A stretch of DNA of 64,000 bases, from positions 6,495 through 70,494 of the forward strand of contig QKIH01000035.1 in assembly GCA_003249645.1 (NCBI GenBank). The letters are read 5' to 3'. How positions within the stretch are numbered: the stretch's first letter is position 1; each line of letters begins with the position of its first letter. Below the pieces are notes generated by a model that was not told the origin of the DNA, ran no database searches, and worked only from the letters and a program-made list of their open reading frames with translations. This DNA is from Desulfobulbaceae bacterium. GTDB lineage: Bacteria > Desulfobacterota > Desulfobulbia > Desulfobulbales > Desulfocapsaceae. This document shows positions 38,612-47,168 of the stretch, one piece after another. A program made the position numbers and the translations under genes.

Positions 38612-38964
38612 GATACGGTACTCTTTGCAACGATACAGACAGGAAGGTCATCATACCGAAGGTGTCGATTACTGAAAACTGGATTGAACGGGCAAGAGGG
38701 CTGCTCGGTCGTGCTCAGCTGGAAGAGGGAGAAGCAATGCTGATATCTCCCTGCAATTCAATTCACACGTTTTTTATGCCTTACGCTATCGATGTGGTAT
38801 ATCTTGATAAAAAGATGCATATTCTCAAGATCTGCTCCGACCTTTCACCATGGAGCCTCAGCGGCTGCCGCACTGCCTTCATGGTGCTTGAGCTGCCTGC
38901 ACGGGCAGCATCAAAAAATAATCTTCAAACAGGAATGCGTTTATCATGGCAGGAAGATATATAA
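38608..38964 (+). CDS. DUF192-family protein
   Basis: 118 aa. RARGLLGR...MLISPCNSIHTFFMPYAIDVVYLDK is the DUF192 (COG1430) pattern. Confidence 0.75.
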   Translation: MRYGTLCNDTDRKVIIPKVSITENWIERARGLLGRAQLEEGEAMLISPCNSIHTFFMPYAIDVVYLDKKMHILKICSDLSPWSLSGCRTAFMVLELPARAASKNNLQTGMRLSWQEDI

Positions 38965-39428
38965 TCCGGGCTCTATTACTGCTCTTTCTTGCAGTTGTTT
39001 CATTGTCAGGCTGCGCCGCAACAAAGCCCGGCAAAACGGTCTTTGACTACGAGCAGGAAGCCAGCGAGGCCTATGCTGGCGGCAGGTATGATGTGGCTGT
39101 TAACCGTTATGAATACCTTGTTGAGCAGGTACCGAAAGACCCGAATTTCTGGTTCAGGCTGGCAAACTCCTATGCCAAAAACGGTGAACCGGAAAAAGCC
39201 GTTGTGGCCTATCAGAATACCCTGCTCCGCGACAGCACCTATGAAAAAGCATGGTATAATCTCGGTATCATCCAAATGCAGCAGGCACTGAAGACGTTTA
39301 TCGACATGCAGAAAGCCATGCCGCCGAACAGCCCAGTCCATTCGCTTGCTGAAGAGAAAATGAACGGTCTTTTTCTCCTGCTCGGCCAGAATCCAGATGA
39401 AGAACATCCTGCAGCCGACACCAAATAG
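38946..39428 (+). CDS. TPR-repeat lipoprotein (TadD-like)
   Basis: 160 aa. Lipobox LSGCAA and TPR repeats (FWFRLANSYAKNGEPEKAVVAYQNTLLRDSTYEKAWYNLG). Confidence 0.6.
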   Translation: MAGRYIIRALLLLFLAVVSLSGCAATKPGKTVFDYEQEASEAYAGGRYDVAVNRYEYLVEQVPKDPNFWFRLANSYAKNGEPEKAVVAYQNTLLRDSTYEKAWYNLGIIQMQQALKTFIDMQKAMPPNSPVHSLAEEKMNGLFLLLGQNPDEEHPAADTK

Positions 39429-40089
39429 ATTCCATCAGCTTTTCCAGGCATCCGGCCAGAGCATGGTCGAACTGCTGGCTATTTTAAGCGCAATGCTGCT
39501 GCTTATTTTCGGCACCATCCAGTTTGCTCTGATCTGGCATGCTAAGATCACCCTGAACTACGCCGTCTTTGAAGCCGTAAGAGCAGGAACCCTGAACAAT
39601 GCAACCTATGATGCTGTCAAGGAAGGCTTTGCGAGAGGACTCGCCCCGTTATACAGCTTTGACGAAAACGATGAAGATCAGGTAGGCGCCTTTCAGGTGG
39701 CTCGTTCAAAGATTTTGGAAGAGTTCGATTCAAGCGAACAGTTGATTCGTATTGAACGGTTGAACCCGACCGAGAACAGTTTTGCGGATTTTGCAGACGG
39801 GGCCGGCTATATCCCCAATGATAATCTCCGTTTTCGCTCATCAACCATCAGCCATCGATCCGGCAGCTCAATCCAGGATGCCAACCTGCTGCACCTCAGA
39901 GTCACGTACTGGTATCCGCTCTATGTTCCTCTGGTCAATAAGTTCATGTTCAACACGGTAATCTGTAGCGGAAAATGGAAAAAGGACAAGGTGTGCAGTC
40001 AGGATATTCCGCGCATTCCGCTGACATCGACAACTGTTTTACGCATGCAGACACCCGCTCTCAACACTCAGGGATTTTACCAACCGTAA
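39397..40089 (+). CDS. TadE-like pseudopilin
   Basis: 230 aa. ASGQSMVELLAILSAMLLLIFGTIQFALIWHAKITLNYAVFEAVRAG is a TadE N-terminal domain. Confidence 0.7.
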   Translation: MKNILQPTPNRFHQLFQASGQSMVELLAILSAMLLLIFGTIQFALIWHAKITLNYAVFEAVRAGTLNNATYDAVKEGFARGLAPLYSFDENDEDQVGAFQVARSKILEEFDSSEQLIRIERLNPTENSFADFADGAGYIPNDNLRFRSSTISHRSGSSIQDANLLHLRVTYWYPLYVPLVNKFMFNTVICSGKWKKDKVCSQDIPRIPLTSTTVLRMQTPALNTQGFYQP

Positions 40090-40356
40090 TCAATCGGTGA
40101 GCAGCCGCACTTCAATACCGTGATCCGATAGAAAAGCTCTGGTTTTACTGCAGACAGGTGCACTCGTTTCAACAATGACAGTTGCACCCGGTAGTGATTC
40201 CTTGATTTTGTTTGATTTTTCAAGAAGTTTCCTGCCGTCTGCCATAATAATTCTGCTCTTGCGGCGGATAACCAGTGAATAGGCTTGCGAACCGATCTGT
40301 TCAACAATCACAGTTCTGTGAAGACCTAACGTATCAGGAGCTATAATTTTGCGCAT
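40090..40356 (-). CDS. hypothetical protein
   Basis: 88-aa ORF with no family recognised. Its stop abuts the end of the Tad locus. Confidence 0.4.
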   Translation of the reverse strand: MRKIIAPDTLGLHRTVIVEQIGSQAYSLVIRRKSRIIMADGRKLLEKSNKIKESLPGATVIVETSAPVCSKTRAFLSDHGIEVRLLTD

Positions 40357-40379
40357 ACAATGCTTTTGCTTAACAGTGA

Positions 40380-40631
40380 TCAGGAAAAGAACAGCCGTTT
40401 AAGATATGCTGCAACAGTTGTAGGCAACTCAAAGATGGTTTTAATTAAACTTGCCCCGGAGGATGGAGCTTTATGCAGCTTACCATTCAAGTTTTTCCCC
40501 TCTTTCAACCTGAAGTCAGAGTGAATTTTTTCTCCGCAGGAGGGGCATTTCATCAACATACCTCCAATTCCTTCAGGAATCCGGAGACGCTGACCACAGG
40601 ATGGGCATTTTTTTTCGACAAATTTTTCCAT
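40380..40631 (-). CDS. zinc-ribbon (CPxCG-type) small protein
   Basis: 83 aa with two CPSCG motifs 19 residues apart (CPSCGQRLRIPEGIGGMLMKCPSCGEKI). Confidence 0.6.
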   Translation of the reverse strand: MEKFVEKKCPSCGQRLRIPEGIGGMLMKCPSCGEKIHSDFRLKEGKNLNGKLHKAPSSGASLIKTIFELPTTVAAYLKRLFFS

Positions 40632-41054
40632 AGCTGAATCTATATCGTATATTCACCAGGGTGTACAACTGTTAATTCCTGCCAATTTTTTCTCATAAAA
40701 AATAATTATCTGTTCTGGGCCTTGAGCCACTTGACAATAACCTCAGGAAACAGGCCAAACACGGTGCAGCAGGCATACTGGATAGTAGAGAGTTCATCTA
40801 ACATAAGGCATGCTACAGTGCTTCACAAAAATAATACTCTCTCAGCACAACAATAAAAAATGTCATCGTCGCAGCGTCTTCAGTTAAAAGATTTTTTCAC
40901 GGAAACAACCCTGAATCGAATGCGCACCCCTGAAGATCAATCCAGGCCCAATCAGGCTTCAACAGCCGGTAATGAGCTTAACACCTCTTTTCATTAACAG
41001 AACGATACTCCATCATTTTCATCGATTAATCTGTCAAACTCCTCCCACTATACG

Positions 41055-43313
41055 ATGGTAGGGCAAGCTACTTTATGCTATAAAGGGAAATGGAATTGTA
41101 ATACAGAGCAGTACACAGAAACGAATATCAAGCCCGGCGTTCACATCATGACCAAAGCAACCGATACGACCACGGAGCATTCAATCTCTGATAGCTCCTT
41201 GCAACCAAATCCTGCCACCCTAAAAAGTTCTTCGCAGCCATTTCCCCAGCAGAACATACTTAACAGGGAAATAGAAGAACGAAAACGGGCAGAACAGATC
41301 ACCCAGACTCTGTTTAAGATTTCCAGTGCAGTCAGCTCCAGCAAAAATCTGCAGGAGCTGTATCGTTCTATTCACCTTATTCTTGGTGATATCATAGACC
41401 TCACCAACTTTTACATTGCTCTCTATTCGAAAGAAACAGGACGGGTATGCTTTCCCTATTTCGTTGATCAATATGACAGCGGTCAAGTTTATTCAGATCA
41501 GATCAACCGGGAAAACTCCTTAACCGGCAGTGTTATCAAAAAAGCCGCCCCTGTATTTTTTGATGAGCAGGAACTGCGCCAAAGGACTGAAAAAAATCTC
41601 ATTGTCGGAACCACTCCGCTTGTGTGGATCGGCATCCCTTTGAAAAGGGGAGATGAAGTTATCGGAATAATCGCAACCCAGAGCTACGACAACCCGAACC
41701 TTTTTGACCAGATGGATCTTGACACTCTGGTTTCCGTCTCGGATCAGATTGCTCTGGCAATTGAGCGAAAACACTATGAACAGGCATTAATTTCCAGCGA
41801 GAAAAAATACCGCAATATTCTCGAAAGCATTGATGACGGTTATTTCGAAATAGATACTGATCTTTGTTTCTCCCTGGTTAACAGGGCGATATGTGAGATA
41901 CTTGGCGAAAAGGCAGAGAACCTGCTTGGCACACCCTGCTCAAAATTCATCTCTCCATATATCTACAGCAAAATAGAGCAGATGGTAAAAGACCTTGTCC
42001 AGAACGGTGAATCCGGCAAGATTATTGAAATTGAGTTCACTCCTAAAAAAGGGGAAAAACGCTTCCTCGAGGCAGCCTTTTCTCTCAGGCATAATGAATC
42101 TAATCAAGTCATAGGAATACGTGGCATCGGCAGGGATATAACGCAGAAAAAGCAGGCCGAAAAGAACAGAAAATTGCTTGAGGATCAACTTCAACAGGCC
42201 CAGAGACTCGAATCACTTGGCACTCTTGCCGGAGGAATAGCTCATGATTTCAACAATCTGCTCATGGGAATCCAGGGAAGAATTGACCTGATGCGAAATG
42301 ATCTGGCCAAGGACCATCCGCACAGCAAGCAATTAGAAAACATAGAAAACTGTGTTGAGCGGGCAGCCAATCTCACTTCCCGGCTTCTCGGCTTTGCCCG
42401 GGGCGGAAAATATGAACTGCAGCCGACCGATGTCAACAGACTCATAGAAGAGAGCATCACTATTTTCGGTCGAGCGAAAAAAGAGATTACCATCACAACC
42501 CACTTCGATCAAAAAGGCTGCATCATAGATGCTGCATCCAATCAGATTGAGCAGGTCTTTCTCAACCTTCTGGTCAATTCATCCCAGGCAATGTCTGGAA
42601 ACGGCACTATTTCGATCAACACATGCCGTATCATCATCAACGAACAGCAAGCTGAATTTCACACAATTGTTCCCGGCAGCTACATCCGGATAACATTGAC
42701 CGATAACGGTAAAGGCATTGCTAAAGAACACCTGCCAAAAATATTTGACCCGTTTTTCACAACTAAATCCCTTGGCGGCGGAACCGGGCTCGGACTTTCG
42801 ATGGTTTACGGTATAATCAAGAATCATCTGGGAGCAATTACGGTAGAAAGCCAAGTCAATCAAGGGACATGTTTTACTATATATCTGCCTGAATCCTCAC
42901 ATGAACTTCCCCAGGAAGTCAAAATTATTAAAAAAACCGAAAAAGGCAGCGAGCTCATTCTTCTTGTTGACGACGAAGAAATGATCACCGCGGTCGGCAA
43001 GGAAATGCTTGTTGTACTGGGCTACAAGGTAATAACAGCTTCATCCGGATACGATGCTGTTGAAATAGTAAAAAATCATCAGGACGAGATTGATCTGGTG
43101 ATCATTGACATGATTATGCCGAAAATGAGTGGCGGAGAACTGTTTGATCAGCTGATGCAGATTAATCCCGAACTCAAAACAGTCTTGTCAAGCGGCTACA
43201 GTGTTGAAGGAGATGCCCAGAAGATTCTCGACCGGGGCTGTTGCGGATTTATCCAAAAACCATTCAATCTCTCAAAACTCTCAGAAAAAATACGCGAAAT
43301 ACTGCAGGAATAG
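41055..43313 (+). CDS. hybrid sensor histidine kinase (GAF-PAS-HisKA-HATPase-REC)
   Basis: 752 aa. GAF-like and PAS-like regions, H-box GGIAHDFNNLL, G-boxes DNGKGI and GGGTGLGLSMV, and a C-terminal receiver (LLVDDEE...IIDMIMPKMSG). The start may be ATG 41148. Confidence 0.9.
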   Translation: MVGQATLCYKGKWNCNTEQYTETNIKPGVHIMTKATDTTTEHSISDSSLQPNPATLKSSSQPFPQQNILNREIEERKRAEQITQTLFKISSAVSSSKNLQELYRSIHLILGDIIDLTNFYIALYSKETGRVCFPYFVDQYDSGQVYSDQINRENSLTGSVIKKAAPVFFDEQELRQRTEKNLIVGTTPLVWIGIPLKRGDEVIGIIATQSYDNPNLFDQMDLDTLVSVSDQIALAIERKHYEQALISSEKKYRNILESIDDGYFEIDTDLCFSLVNRAICEILGEKAENLLGTPCSKFISPYIYSKIEQMVKDLVQNGESGKIIEIEFTPKKGEKRFLEAAFSLRHNESNQVIGIRGIGRDITQKKQAEKNRKLLEDQLQQAQRLESLGTLAGGIAHDFNNLLMGIQGRIDLMRNDLAKDHPHSKQLENIENCVERAANLTSRLLGFARGGKYELQPTDVNRLIEESITIFGRAKKEITITTHFDQKGCIIDAASNQIEQVFLNLLVNSSQAMSGNGTISINTCRIIINEQQAEFHTIVPGSYIRITLTDNGKGIAKEHLPKIFDPFFTTKSLGGGTGLGLSMVYGIIKNHLGAITVESQVNQGTCFTIYLPESSHELPQEVKIIKKTEKGSELILLVDDEEMITAVGKEMLVVLGYKVITASSGYDAVEIVKNHQDEIDLVIIDMIMPKMSGGELFDQLMQINPELKTVLSSGYSVEGDAQKILDRGCCGFIQKPFNLSKLSEKIREILQE

Positions 43314-43331
43314 CCATTCGTAAAAGCGCAT

Positions 43332-43370
43332 AAAAAAAGCCGGGATTATAAATAAATCCCGGCTTTTGTG
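43332..43370. terminator. bidirectional rho-independent terminator
   Basis: A-run, then the stem GCCGGGAT (43339-43346) paired with ATCCCGGC (43356-43363), then a T-run. Lies between convergent genes. Confidence 0.7.
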
Positions 43371-43393
43371 TTTCAGGTATAAGCTATAAAAAA

Positions 43394-44284
43394 CTATTTC
43401 GCAGTGACAATCTCAACCATTGTCTCGTAGATACTCATCGGAGTCGTTCCGTGTGCTTCGGCAATTTCTTTAAGCTTCTGGGAGGGTTCCGCATTTATTC
43501 CTTTGGCAGCCAGCCCCTGCATAATCATCTCAAGTGATAAGCCATAATCATTACAGATTGATTCAATGCTCATTTTACCAAGACCGGATTTCGGGCCGTT
43601 CACGAACTCTTCAATATTTGCGCTGACTGATTGAGCACCTGCCTTCTCCTTGGCAACATCATCTCGGATAGTTGTTGCACCCTTTTCCTGTGATGGTTTA
43701 ATGATATCATATATTCTTTGCGGCGGGACCCCTGCGCGGGCAGCAATAACCTTCAGAGTCTCATTTTCACTCTTTACTTCAATTCCCGCTGCTTTCAGGA
43801 GTTCCATACATTTCGCAAGATCAAGACTGTCTCTCTTGGCGAACATTTTTAGCGAAGACAATTCAGCATGTCCATACGGAGGCTCACCGTATTTTTCACC
43901 TGCTGCTTCTTTAAAATGCTCTGAAAGGCTCATGATCTGTGCCATAGGTGGAACGTTGAAATAGGTTCCGACTGTCACGGCAAGGGTTATAACTAGAGCC
44001 ACAATATTGGTACCGGAAAAAAATCTGAACTCTTTAGCCTTGTTTTTCATATAGTTTATAATCGGCGTCCAGTTATAAAAGATATGCACCAGACCGGCCA
44101 GCAGGAAGAGAAACCCGACAGTGATATGCTGAGCACCCCAGTCAGTTTTCGACAGACCGAGAAAACTCCAGTCAGCCCAGTAAGCCACCCTTCCTTCCGG
44201 GACAACATAGAGAACAACGGAGTTCACTGTTAGAATAATGATACTCCAGACCAGAGTCATTGATGTAATTTTTCTCAAATTCAT
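43394..44284 (-). CDS. DUF4405-like membrane protein with soluble C-terminal repeat domain
   Basis: 296 aa. N-terminal ~125 aa has 3-4 TM helices with conserved His (HITVGFLFLLAGLVHIFYNW). The C-terminal part holds two similar helical modules. Confidence 0.55.
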   Translation of the reverse strand: MNLRKITSMTLVWSIIILTVNSVVLYVVPEGRVAYWADWSFLGLSKTDWGAQHITVGFLFLLAGLVHIFYNWTPIINYMKNKAKEFRFFSGTNIVALVITLAVTVGTYFNVPPMAQIMSLSEHFKEAAGEKYGEPPYGHAELSSLKMFAKRDSLDLAKCMELLKAAGIEVKSENETLKVIAARAGVPPQRIYDIIKPSQEKGATTIRDDVAKEKAGAQSVSANIEEFVNGPKSGLGKMSIESICNDYGLSLEMIMQGLAAKGINAEPSQKLKEIAEAHGTTPMSIYETMVEIVTAK

Positions 44285-44451
44285 AATTTCCTCGAATAGA
44301 TTACTTGATAATTACAGCCACCATCTCCTGCTCAATTTATATGCCAGATGCGGGTTTAAAATCAACATATATTTTAGTAATAAGTTAAAAACTATATATG
44401 TAAGATACACTATCTGGTAGACAGGACAACCGTTTTACACTGTTTCCAGTG

Positions 44452-44501
44452 GAAATAAAAAAGAGCCCTGCAGTATTCGTTTTCGAAAAATACAGGGCTC
44501 T
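44452..44501 (-). terminator. rho-independent terminator of the hydrogenase-MCP unit
   Basis: On the minus strand, AGAGCCCTG...CAGGGCTCT forms a long hairpin followed by TTTTTTATTTCC, 34 nt after the MCP stop. Confidence 0.7.
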
Positions 44502-44534
44502 ATCTTCCACCTGCCATAAAGCAGGATTCAAATG

Positions 44535-46223
44535 CTATTTGAGCTTGAACTGCGCAATTAAATGCTTCAGCTGCTCAGAAAGTTCAGCCAGTTCGGCAGC
44601 ACTCCTGTCGACCTGGTAACTGGAGTTTTTGATGCTCTCAGAGGCAGAATCAACTTCAACAATATCCTTGCTGATACCATGACTGACTTCGGAGCTTGCC
44701 TGAACATTATCGGCAACCCTGTCAATACCGTTGGAAGCCATACTGATATTGCCGGCAATTTCTCTGGTTGCCACAGACTGCTCTTCTACCGCAGCAGCAA
44801 TAGTTGTGACTATTGCATTAATATCATTAATAATTTCACTTATCGAAGCAATCTCTGCAATAGCACCTGAGGTATCGGTCTGAATTTCGGAAATCCGTTG
44901 ACTGATTTCCCCGGTTGCTGCTGCGGTCTGTTTAGCCAGTTCTTTGATCTCATTGGCAACAACAGCAAACCCCTTACCTGCCTCCCCTGCTCTTGCCGCC
45001 TCGATGGTGGCATTCAATGCAAGCAGGTTGGTCTGATCAGAGATCTCATTAATGGTCTCGGTAACCTTGCCGATATTCTGCGCCGATACGCCGAGATTCT
45101 TCATCTTCTGTGATGCATTCAGGGCATCATCAACAGCTTTCTCAGAAATCTTACGGGCATTTTCAGTATTATTTGCAATCTCATCAATTGTTGACGTCAT
45201 CTCTTCCGTCGCTGCGGCAACCATATTGATATTGCTGTTGGCCTCCGCCATTGATTCCGATACCGAGGCCATATTGGAACTCATTTCATGGGCCAGGGAT
45301 GCAACCTCAGTGGACTTCTTCGACATATCCTCCGAATCGTTCAACATACCCACGGAAAGACCGTTGAGTTTTTCCGAAGAAGATTTCAGACTGTCTACCT
45401 GTTTGGAAATCGTGAACATCATTTCATGCAGGGTGGCGATAAAGCCGTTGAAATTGCCAGACAGCAAGCCGATTTCATCTTTTGACCGCACTTCCATCTC
45501 CGTGGTCAGATCTCCGGATGCAACCTGATCAAAGCCTTTGCTTATTCGCCAAATCGGCACCGCAATAATCTGTCTTGATAGAAAGAAAATTGCCAAAGTG
45601 AGTACAACAAGAACGGCAACAACGGCTATTGCCGCGTCAGTAAGGTAGGTAATATTGAGATTATGCATCGACTCTGTTGTTTGTTTCTTCGCCTTAAGAA
45701 AGCTATCGATGGAAAACTTGAAATACATCACACCGCCATGGGGCTCACCCAGTTTCCAGTCAAGATGACAACGGAGACAATCGGCAACTATTTTCTGCGG
45801 ATGATATATCTGGATGGCCTGGTCATCCATCTGAAAAATAAGCTCTTCTCCCTTGTTGATTCGGTCATTGATATCAGCAGGAAGAGTCTTGTTGAGAAAT
45901 GCTTTATCGGATGCATAATCAACCTTACCGTTTTTAGAAAACAGAGAGAATTCAAGCAGTCCTTCAACATTATTTGTGTCTTTAAGCAAATTGCCAAATT
46001 TCTCCATTTCTCCCCGGGTCAGTGAATCGGCAACTGAACTTGCAATCGAGTGATAGAGGTTTCTGGCAAATGTTTCTTCCCGGGCCTGCAGCCGACCAAG
46101 ATTGTCCTTTGTCAGCTTGCCTATTTCCCGGTTCACCTGCACATATTGAAAAAGTTGTGACAGAATAATTACAACACTCAGGCAGACAATAAGTGTGAGA
46201 ATCAGTTTTGTATGCAGTTTCAT
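44535..46223 (-). CDS. methyl-accepting chemotaxis protein with periplasmic CxxCH (heme c) sensor domain
   Basis: 562 aa. TM1 (residues 5-25), a ~175-aa periplasmic domain containing C149-LR-C152-H153, TM2 (~195-216), a HAMP domain and an MCP signalling domain ([31 protein letters not shown]). Confidence 0.92.
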   Translation of the reverse strand: MKLHTKLILTLIVCLSVVIILSQLFQYVQVNREIGKLTKDNLGRLQAREETFARNLYHSIASSVADSLTRGEMEKFGNLLKDTNNVEGLLEFSLFSKNGKVDYASDKAFLNKTLPADINDRINKGEELIFQMDDQAIQIYHPQKIVADCLRCHLDWKLGEPHGGVMYFKFSIDSFLKAKKQTTESMHNLNITYLTDAAIAVVAVLVVLTLAIFFLSRQIIAVPIWRISKGFDQVASGDLTTEMEVRSKDEIGLLSGNFNGFIATLHEMMFTISKQVDSLKSSSEKLNGLSVGMLNDSEDMSKKSTEVASLAHEMSSNMASVSESMAEANSNINMVAAATEEMTSTIDEIANNTENARKISEKAVDDALNASQKMKNLGVSAQNIGKVTETINEISDQTNLLALNATIEAARAGEAGKGFAVVANEIKELAKQTAAATGEISQRISEIQTDTSGAIAEIASISEIINDINAIVTTIAAAVEEQSVATREIAGNISMASNGIDRVADNVQASSEVSHGISKDIVEVDSASESIKNSSYQVDRSAAELAELSEQLKHLIAQFKLK

Positions 46224-46244
46224 GATATCGCTCCCTTATCTCCC

Positions 46245-47156
46245 CTATGCTTTTTTCTCGCCCTTGCGATAAAACGGAAGAGCTGGATCTTTTGCAAAAA
46301 ATTCCGATGAACAGCCGATACACGGCCCACCCGACTTAATACAGTTGTTTATGCCGCCATTACGATAACGGGTTGTACAATCCGAATAAGTTACAACGCC
46401 AAGGCAGCCCAATTCGAAGAGACAACCGGGATCACCAAATTTTTTCGCAAAAGTGGAGCGTTCATAATCATAAAAACGGGGACAATTATGATGTATTGTT
46501 TTACCGAAGAACATCAGAGGCCGATCGCGGTCATCAAGCGGTGGTAAACCGTATTTAACAAGATGGACGAGTGTACCGACAAACCAGTCCGGGTGAGGAG
46601 GACAGCCTGGAATCACAATTGATGGAGTGTTGACCCCTTTATTCTTGAGATATCGCGGCGAACTGACTGCACCTGTAGGGTTGTTGTCGGAACCGGGAAT
46701 GCCGCCAAATGCCGCACAGGCACCAAGATGAATAACATGTGTAGCGGACTGCGCAGCCTTGACCACCAGATCTCCTACCGGCTCATGACCAATTACACAG
46801 GCCTCAGGCATTCCTTCAGGGATGCTGCCTTCCACCACAAGTATATGCCCGCCCTCTTCAGAGGTCTTATGGATGATTTCCATACAGCCCTCACCTTGCG
46901 TAGTTGAAAGGGTATGGTGGAAAAGCAGAGAAATATACCGGGTAAACAGTTCCCCGGCACCCGGTGCTTCCGAATCAATAAATGATATTGTACACCCTGA
47001 ACATGACTGCGCCTGCAGCCAGAGGACTTTTACCTGCCCTGTCGCCAATGATTCCATTGCATCCGCAATATCAGGAATTGCACTGCTGGCAAGCCCCATT
47101 GCAACTGCCATTTTCGACCCAAGTTCAAGAAATTCACGACGTGTAAACTTTGTCAT
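46245..47156 (-). CDS. [NiFe] hydrogenase small subunit, Tat-signal-bearing
   Basis: 303 aa. Twin-arginine leader MTKFTRREFLELGSKMAVAMGLASSA. Proximal-cluster motifs SCSGC, GACAAFGG and GCPPHP. Distal/medial motifs HHNC...GC...GC and C-x11-C-x6-C-x2-C. Confidence 0.93.
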   Translation of the reverse strand: MTKFTRREFLELGSKMAVAMGLASSAIPDIADAMESLATGQVKVLWLQAQSCSGCTISFIDSEAPGAGELFTRYISLLFHHTLSTTQGEGCMEIIHKTSEEGGHILVVEGSIPEGMPEACVIGHEPVGDLVVKAAQSATHVIHLGACAAFGGIPGSDNNPTGAVSSPRYLKNKGVNTPSIVIPGCPPHPDWFVGTLVHLVKYGLPPLDDRDRPLMFFGKTIHHNCPRFYDYERSTFAKKFGDPGCLFELGCLGVVTYSDCTTRYRNGGINNCIKSGGPCIGCSSEFFAKDPALPFYRKGEKKA

Positions 47157-47168
47157 AACACTACCTCC

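Noticed and set aside
40706-40804. 32-codon minus-strand ORF (MLDELSTIQYACCTVFGLFPEVIVKWLKAQNR) in the spacer before the histidine kinase.
   Set aside because: It is too short, has no clear RBS and matches no recognisable family. It may be a gene remnant, and I cannot support it from sequence alone.
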